From positions 19,964,001 to 20,028,000 of the forward strand of contig OZ024755.1 in assembly GCA_964016885.1 (NCBI GenBank): a stretch of 64,000 nt of DNA. The letters run 5' to 3'. Both the position numbers and the translations under genes were made by a program. Below the pieces are notes generated by a model that was not told where the DNA came from, did no database searches, and saw only the letters and a program-made list of their open reading frames with translations. Source of the stretch: Eledone cirrhosa (Eukaryota). Shown in pieces: positions 1-12,689 of this stretch (its first letter is position 1; each line of letters begins with the position of its first letter).

Positions 1-266
1 AGACTTGCTTAGTGAAATCAATTTACATCCCATATTAATATCTATCCATGACAGTTTACTTCTGTGAATGGTAAACAGTGAAACGTTATGTAATGGCTTT
101 CAAAAATGTTACGGAAATTATTAATAAACGCCGATTCTGGGAGGAAAACATTGAATGTTTATATCAGTCCAGCTTATATTAATTGAGTTTATAATAGTCG
201 AGCTTATATTAGAAATGATGGTGTGGTATATTTTTCATCACGCTAAATATAGTGCCTGCTTGATAA

Positions 267-375
267 ATAATTGTTTCCACTTTTGGCACAAGGCCAGTAA
301 TTATCCAGTATATTACTGGTACTTTATTTTATCGACCCCGTAAGGAAGAAAGGCGACCCTCTACCGACACTGCCG
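267..375 (-). mobile_element. Nin/Deu-domain tRNA-SINE, internally deleted copy
   Basis: Matches the window's dominant repeat (GGCACAAGGCCAG...TACTGGTACTTTATTTTATCGACCCCGTAAGG) and jumps directly to the head sequence GACCCTCTACCGA. Confidence 0.8.
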
Positions 376-454
376 CAAAAAATCTGAAACCGAAATTTTG
401 TGTGGATTATACATCAACACAGAATGAAATGTATGTATGTATGGTTCAGTAATC

Positions 455-915
455 CCGGTAAGGGCGCCGTATTGAGATGCTGCTGTTCTTGGGCATTCTA
501 AGTACAGCCTATTTCTTCCAGGCCTAAGTACAGCCTATTTCTTCCAGGCCTAAGTACAGCCTATTTCTTCCAGGCCTAAGTACAGCCTATTTCTTCCAGG
601 CCTAAGTACAGCATATTTCTTCCAGGCCTAAGTACAGCATATTTCTTCCAGGCCTAAGTACAGCATATTTCTTCCAGGCCTAAGTACAGCATATTTCTTC
701 CAGGCCTAAGTAAAGCATATTTCTTCCAGGCCTAAGTACAGCATATTTCTTCCAGGCCTAAGTACAGCATATTTCTTCCAGAGAAAGTTAGAAAGTGATA
801 GAGAGGAAATGAGAAAGAGATATAGATTCGTCCCCTCGAACGGATGAAAGGCAAAGTTGACCTCGATGGGATTTGAACGGAGAGAGCGGCGTTCTAACGC
901 CTCTGTCAATTCGCT
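455..915 (-). mobile_element. Long-tailed Nin-type SINE variant containing an internal 26-bp tandem expansion
   Basis: GGATGAAAGGCAAAGTTGACCTCG..GGATTTGAAC at about 842-878. The tail resembles the + strand copies at 13378-13630 and 30572-30870. Confidence 0.6.
498..781. repeat. 26-bp minisatellite, about 11 copies (CTAAGTACAGCMTATTTCTTCCAGGC)
   Basis: Head-to-tail units with no spacers. Units 1-4 carry GCCT and units 5-11 carry GCAT. Confidence 0.97.
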
Positions 916-1449
916 GACTACATCAACATAGACATAGCGATAAATGAATACGCATATGTTCATCTGTTATGAACTTAACTGGAATTGTATACGATATTTA
1001 TGGAAAATTCCAATTTTTTTATAACCAAAGGTCGGGCAACGAATCTTACAACAGATCACATACATTTATTTTATCTTGTATTTAATATAGCTTGGATGCT
1101 TTGGGTTTCAGTAATATCACACGGCTTTTATTGATTAATGCCTGCAAATATTGTATATGTGATCCATTAAAGAGGGGACAATTAAATGTACACACTCATT
1201 ACTAAAAGTGAAAAGAAAACACCATTAAAACTCATCAGTATTTTAAACAAATTGTTTGCACAATTAATTACGTTATACACGATTAAGAATTTCGTATAAT
1301 TCGATTAACTATAAAATATCCTGATATAGTAATCACCCAATAGGTAGGTTTGTTTGCTTTTGTTTAACGTTGCTGTACACCTATTGTTTATCTTCCTTAA
1401 TACTAAAATCAGATAGCAATATTTGGAAATAAATTTATTCAATTACACA

Positions 1450-2095
1450 TTAAAAGTTAATGGAGTTCCACTGAAGCAGGTAGATGAGTTGAAGAATCTC
1501 CGGGCTGTGTTCACGAGTGATGGAAGGCAAGAGGCTGAATTAGGTGCAAGAATTGCAAAAGCTGGTGCAGTAATGCGCCAGCTTCAGCATTCAGGAATCA
1601 GAAGAAGGGAGGTAGGCATAAAAGCCAAACTCGCTGTCTTCAATTCGGTATTTGTGCCAACCCTTAACTATGGTCTTTAATCTTGGGTAATGAATACTAT
1701 CGCGAATATAAGTGATCGAAATGGGATTTTTCCGAAGGGTCTTTGGAGTAACGTCACTCGATAAAGTGCGTAGCTCGACGATCAGGGAGTCACTCCAGGT
1801 AGAACTGCTACTTCTCCGAATTGAGAGATCACAGCTCCAATACTACGGGCATGTAGTTAGAATGTCTCGGGAAAGAATCACTGGACAGATTTTACGGGCG
1901 AAACCAACCGGCAGGAGACCCAAGGGTAGACCCGAGCAAGATGATTGGATAACATCCATGAGTTTGGCTGGTCAGGCTTGGGGATTCAGCTGGATCAGTT
2001 GGAAACGGTTGCTTCTGGGTGGACCCGCTGGAGAGACTGTTTGGGGACTCTGCCCCCATGACCCTATCAGGAATAAGTGGGCGAAGAAGGAGTAA
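1450..2095 (+). mobile_element. 5'-truncated RTE-clade (Expander/Rex3-like) LINE, RT C-terminal region, degenerate
   Basis: ORFs 1423-1680 and 1712-2095 read VFTSDG...ARIAKA...FVPTLNYG*SW...EMGFFRRVFGVT...LQYYGHVVRM...GRRPKGRP, typical of the RTE ORF2 C-terminus. Stops and frameshifts are present. Confidence 0.9.
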
Positions 2096-2369
2096 ATGTG
2101 TGTTAAACATAAATCACTACTGATAAAAGAAGCATTCATCTCATGAGATTTAGGGTGTTACAAGTAAATGACAAATCAATATGGCTTCGGTTTATTGGTC
2201 ATTTCATACCTGTGCTGTTAATGACATTGATTTATCACAGACAGGCTCAGCACACCTAGCTGTATGTGTCCCATGGTAACAGGACATAGAAAAGTTTAAA
2301 AAATAAACAAAACATATGCAGATTTACCATTATAGGTTTGCGTGAAGCTGATAACGTTCAGGGTTTGCT

Positions 2370-2428
2370 AAATGATTACGGCAAACCGACCCAAAAGGAA
2401 AGCAGATATGAGTTTTATTCACATGCTA

Positions 2429-2507
<79 letters not shown>

Positions 2508-2650
2508 CGCGCGCAAAACTCAAACAGAAATAAGAAAGCAAATAACACAATGAAATGAAGAAATATATTGAGTTTTACGCTTGATATAGAAGGAAAAGTC
2601 TTAACGTTTCAAACACTAGCCTTTCATCAGAATATAAGGGAAAGAGAGAA
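2370..2650 (-). mobile_element. Penelope-like pseudo-LTR remnant with a minimal hammerhead core
   Basis: Reverse strand reads CTGATGA-aaggctagtgttt-GAAA-CGTTA (2601-2630). The downstream sequence aligns by eye with the + strand copy at 45840-46030. Confidence 0.55.
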
Positions 2651-2959
2651 TATTGTCATCTAAAAACACTTGAGGATGAAATAGGTAAACATATATTCAT
2701 AAACAAGTGTGTGTGTGTGTGTATGTATTCCGACTGATATATTTGTAAGAATATCGTAGTTACTGAAAAGGTGTATACGCATGTGATTGGTGCAAAGAGA
2801 TAAGTTTAAAATAGACAAATATTGAGAGAAAGCAGTAGAGTAGGCAAAAAAAATCGAGTAAATTAACAAGATAGAACTGGGTGGAGACGAAATAAATATA
2901 ATTTTATTTTATACACACAGACAGAGACCAAATTTTCTCATTTCCACTCCATTAACCTA

Positions 2960-2987
2960 ACCATATTGTGTGTCCTCTCGTGTATAT

Positions 2988-3019
<32 letters not shown>

Positions 3020-3193
3020 CTCACATATATACACAAATAAATATCTATATATATGTGTATACATATGTACCGGTGTGTGTGTGTGTACGCGCGCTTATGT
3101 TTGCTCAAATATATCTACTTTCTAGATATATATCTTGTACATATTACACCCACATTACACCCACGGATACAGGATATATATATGTGTATATAC

Positions 3194-3225
<32 letters not shown>

Positions 3226-3415
3226 ATATATATATATGTGTGTACACATATATATATATGTGTGTATATATATATATATGTGTGTACACATATATATATA
3301 TGTGTGTATATATATATATATTTACACACACACATACATACATACATACGCACACACACGTATTCATATATACACAAATACACATACCCTCTCTCCTGCA
3401 CACATGCTTATACAT
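2960..3415. repeat. Compound (TA)/(TG)/(CA) microsatellite
   Basis: Low-complexity dinucleotide mosaic that produces the YI/CV/HT pseudo-ORFs. Confidence 0.95.
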
Positions 3416-3954
3416 CTAACAACTAGATAAATCTATATTTGCATATGACTATTTGCAGTCTATGAACCGGCAGTCATCTCAGATATTCAAATGGAGCTCT
3501 GTTTACTTAAAGAATTCTCTAGCCTGGCTTTATTCAGGACTAAATTTGTATCCAGTTGGCAGGCCAGATTAAATCTAAAACTGAGCGGAATGCAAGTAAT
3601 TAACCTTGTTCTTTCTATATAATTTCGAATCAGTAGCAATTTCTTTCCAAAAATCCCCAAGAATATCTTTCTCTATTGATGATATTTATGATATAATGCA
3701 TTTTAAAATAAATCTTGCTGTGGCAAAACATTTTTTCTATAATTCTATTCAATATTTCCAATTTTTCTTCGTTTCTCCATCAGTTGAACTAAATGAAAAT
3801 CTTTCCCAGAGAAAGTTTTAATCTATATATATTTAAGTAATTCACTTCAGCCCTCCAACGTATTATGAAAAAAAACAAAAAAACTACTGTAGAAATGCGG
3901 ACATCCATTAAGATTCGGTACACAGATACACTGTAACACACACACAGACACACA

Positions 3955-4252
3955 GCTTAACTGTAGGCTATTCGGCTGCCAATCGTAAGCTTGCGAGTTC
4001 GATTCGTAGCGGTGCGTTGAGTTCTTCAACAAAACATTGTTTCACATTGCTCCAGTTCATTAAGCGGGAAAAAATTGAGTCGTGCCTATATTTCATAAGG
4101 CCAGTCCTGTCACAGTATGTTATGCTGAATCTTCCTGAGAACTACGTCATGGATACACGTGTTTGTGGAATTTTTAGCCACTAACATGTTACTTTCACGA
4201 GCAGGCAATTGTGTTGCTCAAACAACTGGAATAATCGTTGTCGAAACCGACC
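3955..4252 (+). mobile_element. tRNA-derived CORE-like SINE (tail type A), diverged
   Basis: B box GAGTTCGATTC followed by a CORE-like TTTCACATTGCTCCAG. Colinear with 24040-24335. Confidence 0.75.
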
Positions 4253-4285
4253 ACCACCACCACCACCACACCACCAACATTATAT

Positions 4286-4319
<34 letters not shown>

Positions 4320-4426
4320 CGTTGGCGGCTGAGAGAAATGAGGATTCAATACCGAAGAAGAGTTTAAACATTTAGGTGAGAAGCAGGCGAAACTCCAGAG
4401 GTACGAGACTCAATTTAGCCTTAATT

Positions 4427-4480
<54 letters not shown>

Positions 4481-4674
4481 TATCATTGTTTCCATGCTTG
4501 CAATTATTGGACGGGGCTTTATCAACATATCATCCCCCTATTTGTTGCATTCCTTCGTTATCTCTTGTCTAATCATCAGCGATTTGTGATGAACTCTGAA
4601 CTTTTACAGACCTCAAAATGAATGTTCTTCAGTAAATATAAAAACAATAGGCATACTGAAACATAATCTTAATC

Positions 4675-4856
4675 ACTGTTTCTACTTTAGGCACAAGGCC
4701 AGCAAATCAACGAGTGCATTACTGGTACTTTATTTTATCGACCCCGTAAGGATGAAAGGCAAAGTCAACCTCAGAGGGATTTGAACTCAGATCGTAAAGG
4801 GACGTAACTATGCTGGAAAGCATGGCGTCCGACCCTCTACCGATACTGCCAATCCA
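4675..4856 (-). mobile_element. Nin/Deu-domain tRNA-SINE, near full length, with TSD
   Basis: On the minus strand: A box TGGCAGTATCGG, B box GAGTTCAAATCC and GCCTTTCATCCTTACGGGGTCGATAAAATAAAGTACCAG. Flanking repeat AACATAATCTTAAT. Confidence 0.9.
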
Positions 4857-6185
4857 ACATAATCTTAATAACATTCACAAATGAGATATTTACTAGAAGC
4901 ATTAACTCTTCAAACTCTAGATAGCATTCTAATCAACTGATACAAAACATCACGTTGAATTTCAACTCGAATAGAGCACTGTATCTTTAAGAAATATATT
5001 GCAAATATATTGTGTTTAGCCCGTTACCATTTAAACCAGCCATATTCAGCCAAAATTCTCTCGCCTCTTTCTGTTCAAATCAGCTGTAACCTGCTGCTCA
5101 TACTGATGTTAAGGTATTGTTCTCAAAATAAATGATATCAAAATCTCATAGATTCGATATTATTATGTAAAATAAAGCCTTTACCACAAAAATACAATAG
5201 TATATATAGAGTAATGTAAATGCTAAAGGGTTAGAAATTGATGACCAAAAATGTTCAGGGTCTATTCGTTCAAAAGTTGATGCAGTGTGGTCGAATGTAA
5301 TATATGCTTTTTACGGGTCTCTTTTGAGCATTAATATCGTAAATGACTTGAAGTTCAGTAAGACAAGAATCAAAAGTGTTCGGTGTTCCCATAATCCTTT
5401 GGATCACGTTCTAGTCTGTAGTGGGGTTTTTTCTCTTATACCCAACACTGCTAGTCACTATTTATCTAAATAGTTTTATGTTTCCTATCAAATTCACATA
5501 ACTTCTGTCTGTACACTTTCCATTACATTATTAAAACACTTGGGAAAGAAAGAAATATATATTCTCATATTCCCTCGCCTCACCCTCTGAACTCTATATA
5601 GTTCATCATTCATTGAGACGAATTCTGTATATGATGAAATTAATCAATTTTTTCAATTCATCCCTTTGAGAGTTTGGTGTGTGCAGGATTGTATATGCGT
5701 GTTTACGTGTTGCAAACAACTTCTTTCTCTATAAATAAGCTTTATTGGACGTTTGAGAGCACATTTTAGAGATATATGTTATCATTATCCATTTTTATGT
5801 AGTTATTATTTCTACATCTTTGAAATAAATATAATGTTTTAATCAGTTATTTTTTTTTCAAAGAAAAACATCACGTATGTGGAGATTATTATTACAGATG
5901 TATCCTTTCAAATGTGATCAGAGTTAAATTCTTATGAGCTTTTATTATTTCCCGATGTGTATGTTTACTACTGAATGAATTGTTTTTGGTGAAATGGCGG
6001 CTGTCTGCTGTTAAGACGAAAAACACACTCTCAGTAAAGAATTCATGAGATAAGCGAGCAAGAGAACAAAATGAGAACATGAACACTAGACTCATTGCTT
6101 TAAGTGAAACAAGTATGATTCACCTTAGAAACATTTTTTTCCCAAAGGCTATTTTCTTATATTAAAATTTAATTTTTTTTTTCAG

Positions 6186-6346
6186 GTTTCCGGAATGTTT
6201 TTCAAAATACAACGGAAGAAAATGCCGATGGAACTTCATGAATATTCTTTACATTGCACTTATTTGCCATGAAAGCCAAACAATGGAATTATTGCATGTA
6301 GAGAAGCATTTATGTTTCTATATAATTTTGAACAGCCGAACTAAAG
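6186..6346 (+). other. Candidate exon (161 nt), possibly paired with an upstream exon at 5898-6112
   Basis: Strong acceptor (T run followed by CAG at 6183-6185) and weak donor AAG/GTAGAA. Upstream there is a CAA/GTATGA donor defining a 73-bp intron. One frame is open but resembles no protein I recognise. Confidence 0.25.
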
Positions 6347-6753
6347 GTAGAATAATGAGATGAGAACATTTATTATTACAAACAAAATAAAGATATAATA
6401 GTGCCCTTTTATAAACAAAATAAAGATATAATAGTGCCCTTTTAGAGCTATAAACTTCGTAGATTTCAGAGAGAAATCCATGTAAAATACTGTAATAAAA
6501 GCAGTTATTATTGGCTGGGCAAAGATGGAGATTCTTTAGAATAGTTATCTACTGGAAACGTTAACTTCATATATATAGTAATAATAATAAATGTTAAGAC
6601 TAAAATCCCAAAAAGGGCTTGATAAAGATAAATATATATCAAATATATAAGAACCCTAGAGCAAATATTTATAAAAATAACCGATTAAAGTTTAAGCAAA
6701 GAATCGCAGCTTTCATCCTTAAGGGGTGAAAGCAGCGATTCTTTGTTATTTTA

Positions 6754-6787
<34 letters not shown>

Positions 6788-6928
6788 TGTAGGAGCCATA
6801 TCTATATTAAATTTTGTATATACTCTAATGAATTGAATACCTTGCTTACTGTGGTTACTCCCAATTTGTTTTATAAATAAATATTGACATACCCGTATAC
6901 CCATACATATTTATTTATAAAACAAATC

Positions 6929-6996
6929 TATTTTATTTGATGAAAGCGCACCCTAATTTACCTTGGTCGCCCTTGAAATATATATATAATAAAATA
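6929..6996 (+). ncRNA. Type I hammerhead ribozyme, degenerate (C3 to U), in a Penelope-like pLTR
   Basis: TATTTTAT-TTGATGA-stem II-GAAA-TATATATATA-ATAAAATA, with an 8-bp stem I. Confidence 0.6.
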
Positions 6997-7127
6997 ATTA
7001 TGGTTTTATAAATATAGTTTCCATTTATTAATATATTGTATATTTACTCCACTAACTTGTTGAGTGCTTTATATCAGTTATAAAAATGTTTAAGCTTGTT
7101 GAATCCCAACAAATTAAATATAACCTC

Positions 7128-7169
<42 letters not shown>

Positions 7170-7702
7170 TACAGGGTGCGAGAGATGTATTTGAGGACGC
7201 TTAAATGTATATACACATGTATGTTAGTGTTTCTATCTGCCAGCCCATACTCTTCATACTCTTTCGTTCATTTGTTTGACTCAAAACATTCACATGTATT
7301 ATCCATTTATTGTTGAGACTTAGGTCTATTATTGAGCACACATTTCCAGTTGATTCTACTTTGATAACTACTGATCTATTGGTCCTCTTTGACACCGATT
7401 GTAGAGTGCCGTCTGTATTCTTATCATTTGTCGTAATTAATTAAGGAGGCATACATCACATAAAAAGGCTGAAGATATTGTTAATTAAATGACACCAAGT
7501 ATTATTTAATTAATAAAGATAAGTATGTAATGGTTTTCAACAATTCTTAAAGCTAGATAACATCTTCAAATTTTAACGCCGAAGAAAATTGAATCTGATC
7601 TGAACTAAATTACATATAGAGAAGAAGCAGATAATTTAAAGCTCACCTACTTTATAATTTAGCTTCTCATCTAGGTAATGATATTGCAAGAATGTTTTAT
7701 AT

Positions 7703-7818
7703 AATTGTTTCTACTTTAGGCACAAGGCCAGCAATTACCCAGTGCATTACTGGTACTTTATTTTATCGACCCCGCAAGGATGAACGGCAAAGTTAACTTC
7801 AGCTGGATTTGAACTCAA
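7703..7818 (-). mobile_element. 5'-truncated Nin-type SINE with TSD
   Basis: 3' half of the family consensus, flanked by GAATGTTTTATATAAT on both sides. Confidence 0.9.
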
Positions 7819-7838
7819 GGAATGTTTTATATAATGTT

Positions 7839-7841
<3 letters not shown>

Positions 7842-7893
<52 letters not shown>

Positions 7894-8165
7894 TGAGTGT
7901 CACTGAGTGAGTGTGTTACTGAGTGAGTGAGTGTGTCACTGAGTGAGAGAGTGTCACTGAGTGAGTGAGTGTGAGTGAGTGTGTGAGTGAGCGTGTGTGA
8001 GTGAGTGTGTGTGAGTGAGTGTGTGTGTGAGTAAGTGTGTGAGTGAGTGTGTGTGTGAGTAAGTGTGTGAGTGAGTGTGTGAGTGAGTGTGTGAATGTGT
8101 GAGTGAGTGTGTGAGTGAGTGTATGAGTGGGTGTGTGAGTGAGTTTCTATGAGTGTGTGACTGTG
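7842..8165. repeat. (GT)n/(GTGA)n compound microsatellite
   Basis: Seen directly in the sequence. Confidence 0.95.
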
Positions 8166-8169
8166 ATTT

Positions 8170-8623
8170 GAGGGAATGGGAAATTCGATTAAATCGACCC
8201 CAGTGCATTACCGGTATTTGATTTTAACGACCCCGTAAGGATGAAAGGCAAAGCTAACCTCGGCGAGATTTGAACTCAAAACGTAAAGAGCCGTAACTAT
8301 GCAGCCTGGCATATTATCCGACGCCCCACCGATACTGCCAATCCACCGCCCTTATGGTTAAATTATAATTGTTTCTACTTTAGGCACAAGGCCAGCAAAT
8401 ACTCAGTGCATTACTGGTACTTTATTTTATCGACCCCGTAAGGATGAAAGGCAGTATCGGTGGGGCGTCGGATAATATGCCAGGCTGCATAGTTACGGCC
8501 CTTTACGTTCTGAGTTCAAATCATGCCTAGGTTAACTCGGCGGGATTTGAACTCAGATTGGAAAGGGCCGTAACTCTATGCATCAAAGCATGGCGTCCGA
8601 CCCTCTACCGATACTGCCAATCC
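8170..8623 (-). mobile_element. Cluster of two Nin-type SINEs; the second contains an inverted insert
   Basis: Copies at about 8170-8352 and 8367-8623. Segment 8450-8535 is a + strand head sequence. Confidence 0.85.
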
Positions 8624-8890
8624 GGTGAGTAGCAATACAATGTGATGCAATGAAAGGATAAAAGCGTATTAGTTTAAAAGTTGTTATTCACGTGGTATGA
8701 CTAGACGAATTTATATTTCTACTTTATTAATATCTTGAATATATAACTAGCAATCTTGAAACAGGTTTGGTTCGATCAGCTGAACTCTCGTGATATTATC
8801 AAACTTATTACAATTTACTATTGAAACAATTTCACTTCACTCCTGTCTTCGCTAATGCTTGGGGAGGTGACATAAAAGATACTTTTTGAC

Positions 8891-9233
8891 ATTTCTTCAG
8901 TTGTCAATTATAGGATACGTCTGTCCCTATAAAAAAAATGGTCAAAATTCAAACCCGAGGTCAGACTTGTTCGCGAAGTAGTTAAATCAATTTTTATTTA
9001 CACGCCCATAGATAATGTCCTTAGTAACAGGCATGAATATATAAAAAAAAAAGAAACTTTCTTCAACTGTTAATTATAGGATACATCTACACTTATAAGA
9101 AAACCAGTAGTGAAAATTCAAAGTTGAGGTAAGACTTGTCCGTAAGGCAAGTTCAAACAATTTATATTTACACACCCATGGATAATGTTCTTGGTAACAT
9201 GCATTAATGTCAAAAAAAGTAAAACAACTTTCT
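8891..9233. repeat. Diverged two-copy tandem repeat of about 167 bp
   Basis: AATTATAGGATAC...AAAATTCAAA..GAGGT.AGACTTGT...TTTACAC.CCCAT.GATAATGT occurs twice in register. Confidence 0.85.
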
Positions 9234-10255
9234 CTAAAACCCGATGTTCTGCAACTGTGCAAAGAATCGATTCTCTTTTTCGCCTTAGTTCTAGAAGAAT
9301 AATTATGTTCAATTATCCGAACGTGGCAGTCATAAACCACTGATGTGATAACTATTCCAGTGTGTATCAGAGAAGATGGGGTTTTAGATGATCAGATAAA
9401 TAAGAAAATAAGAAAATAAGGAAACGTATAAAATCAATTTATAGATGCTGATATATAATTTAATCTTGACAAAAGACGTTTCAAAACGAGTGGCTTCAAT
9501 TTTAATTAAAACATTTCACGAGGTTAAGAAGTAAAAAAAAGTTACTTTCTAGGAAACGTTTTCAAAAAGATTGATAACTGCTAATAATAATGACTACCGA
9601 TCGTTAGGAAAGCAAGAGAAAGGGGTTACGCCTTTTTAAACATGAATCAGTTTTGGCGAAAAATGCGTTAGTTATTTTTTTTTTTATTACATTTTATTAT
9701 TATTATTTTTTTTTTTTTTGTGCTTCTCACGAAACCTAAATATGCATACATGTAGCAAAACGTGCTAATTCTTACAATGATACCGAAATTATCACCCTTG
9801 CTTTATAAAATCAACGGAACAGATTTTCCCGAAGCCGCATGGTAGTATTATCGATCACTGGCAAGCAATATTGTAAAAGAATATTTTCTGAGCATAAATG
9901 TTAACTAAATCCAAACTAAAATTAAGAGGCCAAAAATTCTGATGGTAGAATCTCGTTGAATGACTCTTACTTCATATCCAATGCCAGGGATAACTACGTG
10001 TTATAACTCGAAATATGATAGAGTATTTGGAAGAGTCTAATGCAATGTTGATCTGGGGTGGGGGTGTATTGGGAATATTAAACTCTGCACTTCAACGTTC
10101 TACATATTTTGCACATTAATTTTGAAAGAAATTTCCGTCTAATAAAATAAGCTGTACACATATTTCAAGTTACCAACCACATTAACAACGAAAGCAAAAC
10201 AGACCTAAAACCCAGAGAATAGTTTACTAGTTTCCATAACCATTAGTATGTTGTA

Positions 10256-10670
10256 ATTGTTTTTATTATTGGCACAAGGCCAGCAATTCTCCAGTACATT
10301 ACTGGTACTTTATTTTATCGACCTCGTAAGGATGAAAGGCAAAGTTAACTTCGGCGGGATTTGAACTCAGAATGGCCAGGGCCGTAACTCTATGCGCCAA
10401 AGCATGGCGTCCGACCCTCTACCGATACTGCCAATTCACCGCCCCTGTAAAATTAGTATGTTATAATGCAACAAGGGCAGTGCATTGGCAGAATAGGTAA
10501 AGCGTTGGATAAAATGCCATAGTGGTATTTGTTTTGACTATATACTGAGTTTAAATCCTGGGTTGATACATTAATACCAATCAAGTACTTGGGACGATTT
10601 AATCGACTTTCGTCTACCCCCACCACACCAAATTTTCTGGTCTTGCGCATAAATCAGAATCAATCATAAC
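10256..10670. mobile_element. Two divergently oriented Nin-type SINEs (young minus copy 10256-10446; old plus copy about 10485-10670)
   Basis: Family motifs are present. The first copy has TSD-like TTAGTATGTT(G/A)TAAT flanks. Confidence 0.8.
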
Positions 10671-10867
10671 GCAAAGATTAAACTCTTCTGAATCTGTCTA
10701 ACATACCAACATTTGTATGTTATCTATATAGAGAATTCTGCTTATGCGAAGCGGAAGAAAAGTCATTTCTAAATCAATCTTCATGGGGAAGATGATAATG
10801 ATGTGGATAAGTGGATAAGTGAGTATCTGACGGATAAAATGACAAGTCAGTCAATCATATCGGTGGT

Positions 10868-11445
10868 CTCCCCACAGCCCCGGCGGACAGAATGGGAGAA
10901 GGCGTTTCCCCGGAGGACGGCAAGGGAGACGCGCTGGAAAAACCATTACAGCTCGCGAGGCTTACACCTGCGGCTGGCCAGCTCAGCGCCTATGGTGGTG
11001 AGTAGGGAGGTAGCCCTAGGGCCGAGGACACCAGAAGTCTCCACTGCCAAGGGTGCAACCGCAAAACTGTCGGAGAGCGACCAGTATTTGAAGAGTTTGG
11101 CCTCCTCAGCCCGACGTGCAGTAGAACCCCGGTTAGTCGCAGACTGCATCAGGTTGCGGCTGGAGAAAATGTCGGTGCAAGTGGTATCCAAGACGAAGGG
11201 TTTGCTACCGCGGAACTGGAAGATGGTCATGCTATCTGGCCTTTTGCCGTCGCCTCGGTCCAGCCCCACCGGTTCGAGCTGGGAAGGGAAGCCTGCAGCG
11301 TCCGAGCCATGCTTTATGACCTCGTTCAGGGCAGCATGGCGTAGAAGGAGGCGGGAGGCTGAAAGAGTCCACCGTGGATCCACAGCGACATTAGTGTAGC
11401 TCGCAGATCCGGAGGCGAAGCCTCAAGTAAACGCCGATGCGCAGA
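10868..11445 (-). mobile_element. CRE-like non-LTR retrotransposon 3' fragment (restriction-like endonuclease domain)
   Basis: RHAALNEVIK...LEPVGLDRGDGKRPDS...LDTTCTD...AEEAKLFKY...PLAVETSGVLG shows the RH and PD-(D/E)xK motifs of RLE-type retrotransposons. GC-rich island. Confidence 0.85.
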
Positions 11446-12261
11446 TAAATGGTAAAAGCTGATTTTGAGTAGGACTAATACCTTTATTTAGGAGATAAAC
11501 ACATACGAACTCCAGTACATTTTAGAAGAAATAAATGTTTTATGATAGGAATATGCGCATAACTAATATTCTCACTGCTAGCTTGGTAACTTTGTACTAA
11601 TTTAAGCTTCTACTGAAGTTAATACAAACCGTAAACATGGTTCCAGTAAATTTCCATTGAACCTTTTTACGCTGTCTGTTAATTCCAATGTGAGAAACAT
11701 GGGAGTCTCATGAGAAAAATGGAGAAAAACTTTGTAAAGTTTACTAAATGGAACTGACTGCTAAGATATGATTTGCTTATTATTGCTGTCTGTCGCAATT
11801 ATATGGTAAATCAGGATATATATATGTCACATCATGCTACGTCAATTGAAATATATTTGCTGACCAAAGGCTTAGGGAATTGAATTCGATAGACGGTGAC
11901 TCTGTGTCTGTGTATTTCTATGTGTGTGTATTTGTGTGTAATTGTATGTACGTTAATGTTTACACTGCTTATACGCATTACTGTGATCAAGTCTCCATTT
12001 ATGTACCTAACGCTGTGGTTTGCAAAATAATGATGGATAAAATAAGTACTCTATTGAAATAAATACTGGCGTCGCTTGATCGACTAAAACCTGACTTAGG
12101 ATGATCCTTGGCTTAACAAACAAACATCACCATACATGCTGTGCAATGTAGTTAACAACCAGACAGCATTGTTCATCCAGTGAAAAACATCTGAGGAACA
12201 TAGAAATTCCAAGAAGACACGCGTCTATGAGCAGAGTTGGCCTGACTTTCAGACATAACTA

Positions 12262-12586
12262 TAATTGTTTCTACTTTTAGCACAAGGCCAGCAATTAACC
12301 CAGTGTATCACTGGTACTTTATTTTATCGACCCTGTAGAAAGGCAAAATTAACCTCGACGGGATTTGAACTCAGATCATAAAGGGAGGTTACTATAATTG
12401 TTTCTACTTTTTGGCACAAGGCCAGCAAAACCCAGTACATTACTGGTACTTTATTTTATCGATCCCGTAAGTATGAAAGGCAAAGTTAACCTTGGCGGGA
12501 TTTGAACTCAGACCATAAAGGAACGAAACTCTTTGCTGCAACGCATGGCATCCGACCCTCTACCGATACTGCCAATCTACCGCCCT
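12262..12586 (-). mobile_element. Tandem Nin-type SINEs (truncated plus full length)
   Basis: Two colinear copies, each preceded by ACTATAATTGTTTCTAC. Confidence 0.9.
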
Positions 12587-12625
12587 AGATATAATAAATG
12601 GAAACTATATTTATAAAACCATATT

Positions 12626-12689
12626 TATTTTATTACATATATTTCAAGGGCGTCCAAGCAATCTTGGTGCGCTTTCATCAGATAAAATA
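12626..12689 (-). ncRNA. Type I hammerhead ribozyme with intact core
   Basis: Minus strand: TATTTTAT-CTGATGA-aagcgcaCCAAGattgCTTGGacgccctt-GAAA-TATATGTA^ATAAAATA. Perfect 8-bp stem I and a GUA cleavage triplet. Confidence 0.75.

Noticed and set aside
498-781. CRISPR-like array
   Set aside because: Units are contiguous with no unique spacers, there are no cas genes, and the context is eukaryotic.
6379-6445. 33-bp tandem duplication (similar small ones at 20045-20090, 23232-23270 and 50158-50250)
   Set aside because: Ordinary local slippage duplications with no further structure.
10803-11399. 198-aa + strand ORF (also 50943-51467, 51187-51621 and 59973-60281)
   Set aside because: Antisense shadows of GC-rich CRE-like fragments, whose motifs are on the minus strand.
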